Below are positions 40,343 through 54,932 of a DNA stretch of 64,000 bases, piece by piece; the stretch's first letter is position 1; the number at the start of each line of letters is the position of its first letter. The DNA lies in contig NC_043003.1 of the NCBI RefSeq assembly GCF_006345805.1, forward strand, positions 46,376,001 to 46,440,000, in the 5' to 3' direction. The translations under genes were made by a program, and so were the position numbers. The notes under the pieces were generated by a model, which saw nothing but the letters and a program-made list of their open reading frames with translations, did not search any database and was not told the DNA's origin. This stretch comes from Octopus sinensis (taxonomy: Eukaryota).

Positions 40343-41046
40343 TTTGTGGTTGTCTTGGCGCTGGTAGTAAGTAGTAGTAGAGGAAAAGGAAAAAGAAGAA
40401 GAAGAAGAAGAAGAAGAAGAAGAAGAAGAAGAAGAAGAGCAACAAAAACACCAACAGCAACAGCAGCAGCAGCAGCAACAACATCAACAAAATGATGGTG
40501 ATGAGGAAAAGGTCCAAAATGAAAACGCTGCCACCACCACCACCACCACCAAGACTTCCACTAGTTCCACTATAACTACCAGTACTACCACCATTACAAT
40601 CCCCAGATCACAAACATCAACATCATCAGCATCATCGTTGTCATCCCCCAACGAATGCTACCTACCTGCATACGCACTCACCCACCCCTTTCCCCCAGCA
40701 GTATCATAACATTTACTCACACTACGACCAGCATTGAAAACACATCACCACCACCACTACCAACAACAACAACAACACATCGCCATCAGCATCATCATAA
40801 TCATCATCATTATTAGCATCTACAAAAGAGCAACTACAACAATAAAGAAAAAGTTTAACACTCCTCGTAACGGCAGCAAGGGGACAAAATACCAATTGCC
40901 ATTATAACTATAACTGCTGCTGTTGCTGCTGCTGCTGCTGTGGCTGTTACTGTTGCTGCTACTGCTATTGGTGATGATGATGATGGTGATGATGGTGATG
41001 ATGGTGGTGGTGGTGTTGATGGTGATGATGGTGGTGGTGGTGTTGT

Positions 41047-41090
<44 letters not shown>

Positions 41091-41160
41091 GTGGTGGTGA
41101 TGATGATGATGATGATGATGATGATAATGATGATGATGATGATGATGATGATGATAGTGG

Positions 41161-41195
<35 letters not shown>

Positions 41196-41990
41196 ATGAT
41201 GATGATGGTGATGGTGATGGTGATGGTGATGATGGGGATGACGGTGATGATGATGATGATGGTGATGGTGATGGTGATGGTGATGATGATGATGATGATG
41301 ATGATAGCAGTGGCAGCAGTGTTTTTGTAGTGGTGGTAGTGGTGGTGGTGGTGGTGGCTGCGGCGTTGGTGAGGACAGAGTTGTGGTGCAGGCGACAGCG
41401 CGGTACTGCTTGTGGTATACTGATGTTGGGGCTTGTAGGAACGGAGGCGACGGCGTAGGCAGCGCTAGTAGCGGTGGCTGCAGCACAGCGGCGCAGCGGC
41501 GCTGCGGCGCTGCGGCGGTACCTGTGACAGCAGCGGCAGTGACAGCAGTGCCGGTCGTGATGGTGGAAGTAATGGTGGTGCTGGTGGTGGTGGTACTGCT
41601 GCTGCTGCTGCTACTGGTGCTGGTGGTAGTAGTGGTATTAATGATCATGGTAATAGTGGGGGAAGTGGTGATTGTAATGGTGGTAGTTATAGTGGAACTA
41701 GTGGAAGTCTTGGTGGTGGTGGTGGTGGTGGTGGTTTTACTGCTGCTGCTGCTGGTCCTGGTGGTGCTGGTGCTGGTGGCGGTGGTAGTGGTGGTAGTGC
41801 TTGAGGCGGTGCTGGTGGTGCCGACAACAACGGTGGTGCTAAATGGCGCCAGCGTGGCGGCGTTATTGGTGATGGTGGTGCACATGATGGCGTCAAAGGT
41901 GATGGTGCTTGCGCTGGTGATGGTGGTTGCACTTGCAACGGTGTTGGCGTTAGTGGTGGAATAGAGGCATTCTGAATGCGCGAGGCGTGT
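39120..41990. repeat. Mosaic low-complexity block of trinucleotide repeats (CTT, CTA, ATT, GAA, CAC, GAT, GGT)
   Basis: Directly visible; source of the long poly-N/D/H/M/T ORFs. Confidence 0.9.
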
Positions 41991-42394
41991 CAATAGCGAG
42001 ATGCTACTTACTGCCAAATATGCCTGAATAGTATAGTAAGCAGATCTCTACAGGATCTTTTGATGTGTGTCTTGTAGAACCATAACCATTGACATTTCAT
42101 GGTCAGCACGACTTTCAATAATTCAAACTAGAAGTTTGAGGATTTCACTACAGGGTGTTAAAGAAAGGCACGCAAGAAGCAGAGACCAGAAATATTTGTG
42201 CAAACACAGACACACACTCATAGACACGTATTTACATATATAAATATATATACATACACACACGCATATATACAGACATAAATATATGTTCATACATGTG
42301 TGGGTATGTGTGTGTGTGTGTATTAATGTATATACATCAGACAGACAGGTATAGATAAACAAATAGACAACCAGACACATAGATAGATAGATAT

Positions 42395-42446
<52 letters not shown>

Positions 42447-42567
42447 AGAAGACACACATAGACGTATTTTTATACGCGCATATACAATCATACATAGATA
42501 CATATATGTGTGTGTATGTGTATGTTTGTGTGAGTGTAAGTGTGTGCATATAAATATACACAAGTAC

Positions 42568-42608
<41 letters not shown>

Positions 42609-44502
42609 TTCGTGTGCATATATATATATGCATGTATGTATATATGTATTTGTATGTATGTATGTATGTATGTATGTATGCATGCATGTATGTATTATGT
42701 ACAACACATTCTGCAGAATCTAATATGGCGCATAATACTATAAAATGCTATATAGGGATTACATGCTATATAGGAGGGCTTACTGAATATCACTACAAAC
42801 AAAATTCTCACAATTCATGACCGTGCCAGTTTCTGCTATTATCATACTGCGCTTTTTATCCTCGTATCGAACTTGCCCTCTTTGAGAAACCGACATGCTA
42901 TCGAATCATACTAAATTATTTATGTGTGTATGAATGTATAAGTACGTAAATGTATCTATAGACACATATTTAGATTCAAATAGGAAAATTGTACACGTGA
43001 TGACTGTTACATTTAATAGTAGGCCTGAACGACTTCTTTTAATACCAGCAGCTGGTCCTAAGGTGCCTTTAGTGACGTTCGTTCCTTCGTCTAGCTTTTC
43101 TCCTCAAGATGAACATTGTCTCTCCGTGAACTCTCCATTTAAAATGCAGAACAAAATTCAAATAAATGCCACGTTAACCCTTGGATGTATTATCAAGACA
43201 CTATTTTCAGAAAGGATGATCATATATCTACATCAAGGAACCATTCAATAGCGTACATTACAGAACAAAAACCGAAATTAGATCACAAGTAATTAATTCA
43301 ATAAAAAGTTAGATTACTGAAAGACCTAAAACTAATAGGAAAATACAACATCAAATTTAACAGAGTGCAGACTAGAATCTGTCGTCACCGTCAAACTAAT
43401 TTCTGCTTACAAAAGAAATCTGACGCTAACGTTCAAACATTAAACATTTCAAATAGGATGACAGCGACATTATCATTAATATATCATTGCTATGATTCAG
43501 ATCTACAATTAAACGGCAATAACAAACTCTAAAAGAAACCACATTGTCTCGAAGGTCTAGAAATATCAATGGATATCGGAAGTATAGTGCACATAGAACG
43601 AGATATAATGACAAACTAGGATATATGAAAAATCTCCGTTTACAACGATGGAAATGGAACACAGCAGTATGTCAATGAAAGATATAATTTGTATTTGTGG
43701 TTTTGAGTTCAGTTTCAATGGGCGGTACTTGGGGAAGTGTTGTCTTATATAGATCCACGTTGCCCAATGTATTGTGAGTGAATTTGGTAGGCGAAGACTA
43801 TGTGGAAGTCGTCAAGCAACATACCAAGTAGTGAGGCAGTATTACCTTGATGTAATGCAATCATTGCATCAATTTAAATACAGTTCCATCAGCTGCACAA
43901 ATAAATAAATAGAATTTTAAGAAGTAGGCCACATAAATATATTTTTTCTCAAATATTTTAGCAGACCAAGATGGAAGAAATTCATGTTGTCGCTATTGTA
44001 GCTAAGAATAGAATACACTTCCAAGAATCGCATGAAACCTATTGGGGTCATAGTATTGTAAGGGATTGTAATTCATTTCTATTTCATTTATCTCTTTATC
44101 AACTACTAAATCTAAGAGGCTGGGTAGAGGAAGACTTTAGCTCATGATGTTAATTACCAGTTAAAGGGGCAAGACGACTAGAAACCTAAGATGTTAATAT
44201 GAAGGAACTTTTATTTTGGGGCACTATGGGTGATTCTTTATAAACAATATTGTTGTGTTCAATAAAAATAAAATTTAAGATTTTTCAAAAATTATATCAT
44301 AACCAAAATGGATAAAATGTGTGTATATATCAATTATAAGCATTAAAAAGGAAAGATTACAAAGAATCAGTTTAATATTCATTCATGTACTTAATTAATT
44401 ATTTATTAGGTGATTTCTATAAAGACTGCTCAGGGCATTTAATTATGGAATAACTGGAGAGATATGCATGCTATCTATTAATTTTAAGCCATGAATCAGA
44501 AA

Positions 44503-44712
44503 GCAATGGCCTAGTGGTTAGGGCAGCGGACTTGCGGTCGGAGGATCGCGGTTTCGATTCCCAGACCGGGCGTTGTGTGTGTTTATTGAGCGAAAAACAC
44601 CTAAAAGCTCCACGAGGCTCCGGCAGGAGGTGGTGATCCCTGCTGTACTCTTTCACCACTCTAAAGGCGGTGCTCCAGCATGGCCGCAGTCAAATGACTG
44701 AAACAAGTACAA
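44503..44712 (+). mobile_element. Chimeric SINE: family C head (44503-44660) joined to family B 3' tail (44661-44712)
   Basis: ...ctgtactctttcaccact|ctaaaggcggtgctccagcatggccgcagtcaaatgactgaaacaagta followed by A-tail. Confidence 0.8.
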
Positions 44713-46271
44713 AAAAAAAAATACATACAGATACACACACATTTATATATGTGCATATATGCACATATACACATACACAAATATTTATACGTTTGTGTGG
44801 ATATAGTATAACCATTTCGCATAGACCTAAGTAACTGAACAATATCTATTTAAGAACAAGAAAGGTAACAATTTATAAGGGATAAGAGGTTAATGGGTAA
44901 GGATATCAAGATAAGAATACAAAATTATAAGAATTTATAGAAAATAATAAGAAATACATATAACCTATATTTAAAGAGACATGGGAATAAAGTTTGCGGT
45001 GGTAGGGAAGAGATAAAGGTAACCCGAAAAAAGGGGTTAATAGGTATGGAAGTAGTGAGGGCAGTTAAAGGTATTCAGACCTAAGAGATTTTATAAGTTG
45101 TAATGTTACAAGTGCTATTATGTGTATGATTTTATAGTTTCTACTGGGTATAGGATTAGTCGAAAGGAGACTTACATAAAGTCACTACAAATATACATAA
45201 TATGATCAGTAGGGTAGACATCATAGAAAGGAAACTAGAGTAATCACCAAAATAGGATGAAGTCAGACTAACTAGGCAGAGGTTATCATGGGATAGTATT
45301 ATATATATCACACCAGATATCATAACATATATAGCTTATAATATATGCAATGCAATTTAATTCACCATATAACATAATATCCCATGATTTTATATTTAAT
45401 ACTAGAGGGTAAGTTTACAACGGATACGACACCAAAATTAATTTTCACCATCAAAGTTCAAGAATGGTACCTATAAATCATTAGTTTCGAAAATACTTAA
45501 TGTAATTTATTAAATTATTGTATGACTGAGCGCCCTCGCGTCGTTTCGTTTCGTTTCTTTTCTTTTCTTTTTCTCTCCAAATAAGTTTTTATATATAATT
45601 AAGACGCGAACTCTGTAACCCTTTGCTTGACCTTCCTTCCTTCCTGTCTGTCTTCCTCTTTGACTGTCTCTCTCCTTCTTATTTTTCACCCTTTCTGGTT
45701 TCCTTTCCTCTCTATCTCTCTCTCTCTCCCACTCCTCCTCATCTCTCTCACTGCCGAGTCGACTACCAACTTCCTTTCACTCGCAACTTCCTTTCACTCG
45801 CAGCTTTCTACAAGTCAACACGACTTTTTCTTGCGCTCTGAATTTTTCCATCGTCTAGGCTTAAAAAATAGCTCTCAATGTTGGTTTCATTGTCCTGTTT
45901 TTATTCTTTATGTGTACTGTATTTTTTTGTATTTGTATTTTTATTTTGTACTTGTATTTTTATTTGTATTTGTATTGCTTTTACGTCCTGTTCTTGTCAC
46001 ATGTTTTTCTTTCCTTGTTTTTACCCCTCTGCAAAGGAATTTTATTTAATTCTTTTGCAGGAAGGACTGGTTCGATGGGTCGTGTTCTGTCCTTACCTTC
46101 GAAACACGCATTGAGTCGAATCAGGGACAGCTGATGAAGGGGAATATTCCTTGTATTGTTTCTCTTGTACTCTGTTTTTCCGTTGTTAAAAAAAGTCCGT
46201 TTCCTAGTTTGTTTCTATGTTTTCGTTTCTCGTTGAGTTCTACGTTTACCTGTGGTGTCCTGTACTCATAT

Positions 46272-46376
<105 letters not shown>

Positions 46377-46866
46377 TGTATATATACATGTAGATGTAGT
46401 ACGTACATATATGTATGTATGCATATTTTATTTATAAATAATTATATTATTATTATATATATATATATACATAAGTATATATATAATTAGGGTACTGGAA
46501 ATTACCAGCTTTTCTAGAAATAAGAGTCAGATGAACTCCGAAGCCACACTTAAAACAAACATGCTGAAACTGGACTGTGAAAAAATTTTAGCTCACTACC
46601 TTTGCGAAGGCCACAAAAGGAATGGCAGACAGCCTAATATCGATGTTTGATTCTGTGCTGAGACGCACTTATCCACTCTTCAGCTAGGCTTACTGAAAAA
46701 GAAAAAAATCACATTTAAAAACATTCACCTCAACCATGCTTGCTTGTTCGTGTGAAATCCCAAGGTGCCTTCCGAAACGAGCTTAGTGAATAATTTATAA
46801 ATATATAAAAATATTACTATTAATAATAAATAATTATTTTAGTGGCTATGTATGTATGAATGTATC

Positions 46867-49039
46867 AGTTATAATCCTTTTAATGCTGGATTCATATAAC
46901 GCCCACTTCGGTATACAGTATACTTAGTAAAGCCAGTAAAGACATGACTATCTCTGACCGCCCACTACGTACTCTGGTACTTCACGTACTTCTCTTTACT
47001 TATAGTCACTATGTTATTCCATTCATCATGTGGGAGGGGTGCACCATTATTACCAGGTCCTTACAATATCTCTCCATTTATGTTTTTCTTAGGAGTTGTC
47101 ATTTTATTTAGCATTACTTTTTATTTATTCACCCAACTCCTTCTTTTTCGGTTTTTGTTTTTCGCACAATTTCATATTTCTTTCGCTTGACATCCACTCT
47201 CAGGAACTCTGTATGTTTTCTTTTCCTCTCACTTGTACGTCTGGGTTCTATCACCAGCAGTGGCGTTGGTACTTGGAACGTATAGTACAACCACTCCATC
47301 AGTTCTTCCAACTTCTTTGGTTCGCTTTCCACGAAGCTCTTTTTCACTTGGTTCCTGTATCCCTTTTGTTTGCCTTTTCTACTTTTTACCCAATACATCA
47401 TTTTATCTGTACATCTGGTAATTCCCAAATCTGCTTTCCGTTCTAGTATGCCTTCATATAAACCTTTTCACCAACTTTAAACAATCTTGCTATGTCTTCC
47501 CTGGCACTTTTTCTTTTCTAGCCAGGTAGCAATTTATCAAAGACTGGTTTTATTTTCCTTACGCACCTGTGATTGGCTCTGTTTTACTGCAATTGTTTGT
47601 TTCGGTCCCTCAGCCGCATTAGAACCTTCGACTGAACCAACTATATTTCTACACAAAAGACTTATGGGCATATTCCATATTTTGAATAGTTTCATCCACA
47701 CTGTGCCAAATAAAGTGATCTTTTTAACGCATATATCTTTGCCTTTTTCGTTTGACCTCAAAATGTTACACTACAAATGAATTTAGCGAAAAAACTTAAT
47801 CTTTTTCCCGTAACACCTTGTGCTACCTGTTTCGATTTAATTAATTTCGGCTTACCGACACATATATTTTTTTATTGTTTGTAATGGTAATATCACTACC
47901 AGTGTCCAATTACATTTTAACATTTGTATTTTTGATTATCACCTTCACGAATTTTCTCATCATTATATTATCAATTTCTTCCGATGACATACCATTTATT
48001 TGTTTTCCTTTATTCCCACGTTTAGTCATCTTCGGTCTACGGTGCGCCTTTGTATAACCTATATTTTCACCACAAAAATCACTCCGCTTTTTTAGATGGA
48101 CAATTCTTCCTCGGATGTATACCGCTACATGCAAAACATGGGTTTATTTCCTGATATTTGTCGTGTTGTTTAGAAAAGACTTTATCTCTATTCTGACTAT
48201 TTCGTACTTGCTATACTTGGAAACAATCTTTTCATTCGATTTCCTCTGTATTTTATCTTAATTTGACTATCCTTTCACATTCTTCTGAAACTTACTGTAG
48301 GGTTACTTCCTGGGTTTGTTCCAGCTTTGCGAGAATTCTTGTTCTAACTTCTGCGTCCTTTTCGGCAGTAAGTCCGTGTATAAATATCAGGCATTAATTC
48401 ATCCAGCTTAGATTTCTCGCATTCCCTGTTTACTCTACCACCTTATGAGATGTAGTCCACGTTTTTGTTTTTCTCTATGTTCAGACTCTTCCAACGTGTG
48501 TTAAACAATGAGCTTTTTTTTACATTCTTTCTCGAAGATTTGCTCATATCTTTTGTCGTATGCTTCGAAGGTAACTCCTTTGTTGTGGAGTTCGCAACAT
48601 AGTCTGTCGAGAACACTTTTTCTGATTTTCCTGACGACTTTAGTAATAGCAGCATCTGTTGTTGTAATATTATTTGTTGTTGTTGTTGCTTCTGTTGTTG
48701 CTCTTGCAGTTGTGGCTGCTGCTGATGTTCTTCTTTCAGTCGCTGTTGTTGCTGAGTTTGCAACACGAGTAAAATTCGCACAACAAAATCTTTTGCAAGT
48801 TTTTTAACTCCTTGTGAGTTGTTGAAATTTTCCTCACCACTGTTAAAATTCTTTTAATACTGGATTGATATAAAACCCACTTCCGAATATAGTATACTTA
48901 GTAAAGCCAGTAAAAACATGACTGTCTCTGACCACCTACTACGTACTCAGGTACTTCACATACTTCCCTTTACTCATAGTGACTAGGTTATTCCATCCGT
49001 CACGTGGGAACGGTGCACCATTATTAGCAATTTCCTACA
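46867..49039 (-). mobile_element. Internally deleted Ty3/Gypsy LTR retrotransposon (LTR-gag-protease-[RT/RH/IN missing]-pol C-terminus-LTR)
   Basis: Two 199-bp direct repeats (48841-49039 and 46867-47065) starting TGTA on minus. Also a gag remnant LIFIHGLTAEKDAEVRTRILAKLEQ, knuckle CFACSGIHPRKNC, protease LDTGSDITI (~47883-47910), pol tail KVGEKVYMKAY..EPRRTSERKRKHT, and a purine tract before the 3' LTR. Confidence 0.85.
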
Positions 49040-49049
49040 ATAGTATGTG

Positions 49050-49250
49050 TGTGTGTGTCCTCCCGACGTTTTCACAACTGGTATTGGCTTCTTTATATCT
49101 CTGTATCTTAGCGGTGCGGCAAAAGTGGTCGATAGTATAATTACAAGATTGATAAATTAAGTACTGAGTTCGATATGTTCGAATGAAAACTTTCAAGACG
49201 ATGCCCCTGCATAACCGCAGTACAATTATTGAAACAAGAGATAAAAGATG
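49050..49250 (+). mobile_element. Degenerate 3' half of SINE family B
   Basis: cttagcggtgcggcaaaag..gatag..gcataaccgcagtacaattattgaaacaag. Confidence 0.55.
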
Positions 49251-50189
49251 ATTATATGTGATTTAAGGACCGTTTCTGATTTTGTTCCAAGGCCAGCAGT
49301 TTTAAGGGAAAGGGTGTGAGTACATAGCATCGGCCGCAGTACTTGACGGTTTGCTCTATTTTAGCAACTCCTTAAGGGCAAAAGGCAAAGATAATCCCGG
49401 CGATATTTGAACACAAAACCTAAAAAGCCAAGAGAAATAGGGCATACTATTTCCTCTAACACTCTAATGGTTCTATATATGCGGTAGGAAACTAACCATT
49501 GACTACTAATACAGACAGCTCTCTCAGTTGGTGCCAGCATAAGAAACTCTGCGTGTTCGCATGATCTGATAAAATTGGTAGAGAAGTCTCATTCCACCAA
49601 CTTAGAAAAGTCTGGGGTCGTGGATACTTTATTGGAGTCGTAGATACTTTACTCTTCAAAATATAATTGGATTGTCTTGGTTGGAATGCCTTTGATCATT
49701 AGTCTTTTCGCCCTTGTGATATAAATGCTTTCATGTGTGTGTAGTTCTGTATGTGAAATATACTTGGAAATGCCGTCTCTCGGAAATCCTGACTTCATAG
49801 TGAAGAAAAATCTAGTTCGTATGTATGTGTGTATGAATGCATTATGTATGTATGTACGTACGTACGTGTGTACTTAGGTATGTATGTGTGTATATTTACG
49901 AACACTCACACACACATACAAACACAGAGACACACACATACACACACATATAAACTTGGTCAATCGAACAAACAGTCTTCAGTTTGTAAAAGTAGTTCAA
50001 TGCTTGTAACAGAGTAGCATTGAATTTATTCGTTTTATATATAACAAAGAGGTTATTTGTGTGAGATATTAAGCATTATCAGAGTTAATTAAGACTGATA
50101 ATTATGAATAATTGAAAACATATCATATCAAAATCCTACTTGATGCCTGTGTTGACGGAACTTTTGCTGGTTTACATTCTATCTCCTTC

Positions 50190-51200
50190 AGTGTGCTTTA
50201 AGGCGCGATATTGCTCCTGATCTATTCTTTTCATCAATGGCTTGCCACTATGTCCAACAACACATATTTTTATACAGACGACACTGTCTTTCATTCTTCT
50301 GTGACATTTTCCAACCATTCCTTATCTAATCGAAACCTAGACGCTAAATGTCAAACCCACACTGACTTCAGGGGAGTATCCTTTAATGGAGATCTAATCT
50401 TGTCTCTTTCAACAGCAAGAAAACTCAATCATTGCTTATATCAAGAAAACATTACGAATTGCCGTTAACAGAAAGATTTATATAAGAAAAAAAATTGGTA
50501 GCAAAATAACACGACATTAGTGAAGTTCTTTGGGCATCATATATGGAAACAAAGATGTAAACGCCTTAGTGAGAGAGAGAGAGAGAGAGAGAGAGGCTCA
50601 CAAGAAGCTGGGAGAAAACAGACAGAAATTATTCAGAGCCCTGAAAATAATTCCAGTTCTTGGGCCGCAGTATCACCAAAAATCTCTTCTGGCGGTAGCA
50701 CATCTTATCAGAGCAAGGATCATGTCTTAAAAACTGAGTCTTTTCCTCTGTGCTAGAAGAACATTTATACCGAAAAATTATTTATACCCTACAAAGCCCA
50801 GGTGGGTACCAGAAGGGAGTATTGTTCTCACAAGTGGACAATAAGGCTACTGCACACAGAAACAATCTCGGCCATGTCCAGAAAGGGGAATCCATACTGA
50901 TTGAAGTAACGCCATTCACAGACATGCTCCATTTTATCTGGCCCAAGGATGGGCTGGCTCCTGTGTCATGTCTGTCGATACTATAATGGCCGATTGGCCT
51001 CATGTCACCTCTCCTTAAGGAGCTCCTTCCCACTAAGTTATCCTCCTCCATCAAATTTGTTGTATCAACACCATTCCAGCTTGACACTAACCACAGCACC
51101 CAGCTCTTCCTTCCCAGAATGTCATATCTCCGGAATTACCTCCCAGCTCCTGCCTTTCCTCGGGTGTTGATTACAAATATTTAAGAGAAACATAAATAGG
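50190..51200 (+). mobile_element. Degenerate CR1/Jockey-group LINE 3' portion (RT tail)
   Basis: YFYTDDTVFHSS (YADD-like), YKAQV..EYCSHKW, CRYYNGR and FLPRMSYLRNYLPAPAFP..DYKYLRET fragments in the expected order; broken frames. Confidence 0.7.
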
Positions 51201-51807
51201 CCCAAAAGCTTTTGATACTGTCACTTCTTCCAAAGCCACTAGGTAAAGAACAAACGATCTCATAATATTCACATAGCAATTTTATCAGTGAACATTCACA
51301 GCAGCTATTTAAAGACTTGTGTCGGCCGTTTTAGCCACTATTATTTTACTTTCTGGTAGTATAATTATATACGATACATTGACAGAAAGCTAAATACAGT
51401 ATAATTGTGTCAACGACCTCCTCGTTGATGTTATACATTAATTTTTGACATTGTATTGTTATATAATACCATTATAAACTGAATCAGAAGTCAATATATA
51501 AGTGTATGTGAGATTTAAATGGTTTTCCCCATGTAATTGTTTGTTTCAAACACACACACTCTTAAAATAAGTGCTAGGCTTAAAACACACAAAACGCCTT
51601 ATCCCTCTTTACTACACATACATTTACACATATATTAGTCAGCAACAACATATACATACACACACAGAATCACACACGCACGCATATAAACATACATACA
51701 TGTATATACATATTTAAATGTATATACACACATATACAACCACACACGCACACATATAAACATACATACATTTATATACATATATAAATGTATATGTGTA
51801 TATATAA

Positions 51808-51866
<59 letters not shown>

Positions 51867-52245
51867 ATATACATGTATATGTACATACATGCTTATATAA
51901 GCATTTGTTTATATGTATACATATATAAATAATATATATAATATATATCTATGTATACATCCATACATGCATATATATGAATATGCATATGCATACGTAT
52001 GTATATATATATATGCGTGTATATATATTATGAATATATTATATATACACATATATATATGCAGACACTTACACACACACACACAAACACACACATATAT
52101 ATACACACACACACACATATATACATAGACATACAGGCAAACACAGGACACTTGTTTACACAGACATGTACACTCGTCCATACAGAAACGACATGTCTCG
52201 ACCGACTAGCGTCATGTACACATATACCATAAAAGCTATTTCCTT

Positions 52246-52358
<113 letters not shown>

Positions 52359-52832
52359 TGATGTGTACTTGTATGTATTTATGTAACATAATACTCTTAC
52401 TAAATTAGATACCTCAATCCAAGCCTGCATACATATATGCTTACATATATGCACTCACATATACACGGAATGAAACAAACATACATAATACATACATACA
52501 TATATACATACGTGCATAAATACGCACACCAGTTAAAATTATATAGAGATTTTGTTTAGAATCTCGATGTTTTTACATGTTATTTCTTGACCTTTCCGAA
52601 ATTCCTCTATGTTGACCTTTGCCATAAGGGGAGTCAATAAGTGCAGTTTCCACAGTAAGAAGAAAGAAACGCAAATTGTTCTGTGATTCGTGTAATTCGA
52701 GAGTCGAACGACCCGAAATGCCCTTATATACTTTTATATAATTCGTTTCTGCCAAACAGGGAAAGTGACATGCAAAACTGTTATGGTTATGTGAGAAGGT
52801 GAAATGTTTAGATACATACATACATATATACT

Positions 52833-52888
<56 letters not shown>

Positions 52889-53114
52889 AAACATTCATAT
52901 ATATATATATATACACTCATACATATACTTGTATATATATAGATACACATTCATACACACACACACACACATATATATATATAAATGCATATATAACACA
53001 TAGATACATATATATATACATGTATATATAAGTGTATATATATACATTTATATTCATATATATATACACACATTTATGTATATATATATATATGTATGTA
53101 TATTTATGTGTGTT

Positions 53115-53154
<40 letters not shown>

Positions 53155-53156
<2 letters not shown>

Positions 53157-53180
53157 ATAGATAGATACATAGATAGATAG

Positions 53181-53257
<77 letters not shown>

Positions 53258-53283
53258 TAGACGGACAGACAGACAGACAGACG

Positions 53284-53316
<33 letters not shown>

Positions 53317-53317
53317 C

Positions 53318-53406
<89 letters not shown>
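53155..53406. repeat. Compound (TAGA)n/(CAGA)n microsatellite
   Basis: Directly visible. Confidence 0.95.
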
Positions 53407-53407
<1 letters not shown>

Positions 53408-53936
53408 TACACGCATACATTATATGCATACATGCAATGTGCATGTATATACACCATATAATATATGTGTGCATATAAGCCTGTGTGTAGGTGTATGCTT
53501 GTGTATTTGTATGTTCGTGTACGTGTATGTATGTGTCAGTGTGTAGGCCATGTATACTGGTGCATCTAAGAGGGTTTATGCTTTGCATGTGCGTACATGG
53601 TTGTGTGTGTGAATGTGTGTATGTGTGTGTATGAGCGTATGCGCGAAGGATGTGTGTACGCGCGTGTTTGTACCCGCGCTCGTGCGCTTGTGTACAGGTA
53701 GTTAGGCAGTTTGTCTAGCGAATGCTCTACAGCGAAAGTTCACTTGGTATGTTGTTGAAAGCTAATGCTAATAGTGCTATTCATATATATATATATATAT
53801 ATATGCATGTATGCATGTGTGTATGTATTTGCGCATGATTATATGCATATATATATATATATATACACACATATAATTATATAATCATATATTATATATA
53901 TATTCATATATATAGGCATATATGCATATATATATA

Positions 53937-53979
<43 letters not shown>

Positions 53980-54549
53980 TTTACAAATATGTGTATGTAT
54001 ATAAATAAAGATCAACACAAAAAATGTGTGTGTGTGTGTTTGTGTATAGGCGTATATATGTTTATACATATTTGTACGAATATGTATATGTGCTTGGAGT
54101 TAAAGTCTAAATGCGCAAGCTGATTGATATGTCAAGGGTCGAGTTGACATTGATATTGGTTTGCATCTAGGGAGATCTGGACAAATATAACATAGATTAT
54201 TCATAGGTTTTTTTTTTAGTTTTTTTTTCGGTATTTATATGTATTGGTGAACGAGTGTAACTGCGCACAGCAAGAGCAGATTAGCGATTAGGTGGAAACC
54301 TTCTATGCCGCATGTTTGCCAGGAAGATATGTATATATGTATGTATGTATATATATTATATATATACTATATATAATATATATATATATATATAATATAT
54401 ACATATATATATTTATGTATATATATATATGTAAATATATTATATATATATATGAATATACATAAATATATATATATGTATACATTTCTATACATACATA
54501 CATATACTTCTATGCTCCGTGTCTGCCAGGGATATATGTATACTCTAAC

Positions 54550-54932
54550 TCTTTTCTCTTTTACTTGTTTCAGTCATTTGACTGCAGCCATGCTGGAGCA
54601 CCACCTTTAGTCGAGCAAATTGACCCCAGGACTTATTCTTTGTAAGCCTAGTACGTATTCTATCGGTTCTTTTGTCGAGACACTAAGTTAAGGGGACGTA
54701 AACGCACCAGCATCAGTTGTCAAGCGATGTTGGGAGGGATAAACATAGACACACAGACACACACACATATATAAATATATACCACGGGCTCCTTTCAGTT
54801 TCCGTCTCACAAGGCTTTGGTCGGCCCGATGCTATAGTAGAAGCCACTTGCCCAAGGTGCTACGCAATGGGACTGGACCCGGAACCATGTGGTTGGTAAG
54901 CAAGCTACGTACCACACAGTCACTCCTGCGCC
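54550..54932 (-). mobile_element. SINE family B with internal deletion
   Basis: Head and tail match 26789-27264. Confidence 0.85.

Noticed and set aside
39140-40440. Apparent inverted symmetry of (CTT)n+(CTA)n versus (GTA)n+(GAA)n
   Set aside because: Only simple repeats match and these types are abundant, so chance is sufficient.
40965-42017. 350-aa Thr/Ser/His-rich ORF and overlapping 135-193-aa ORFs
   Set aside because: Built from GC-rich trinucleotide repeats that lack stops in several frames on both strands. It starts at TTG, has no domain, and runs into a poly-His tract from (GAT)n.
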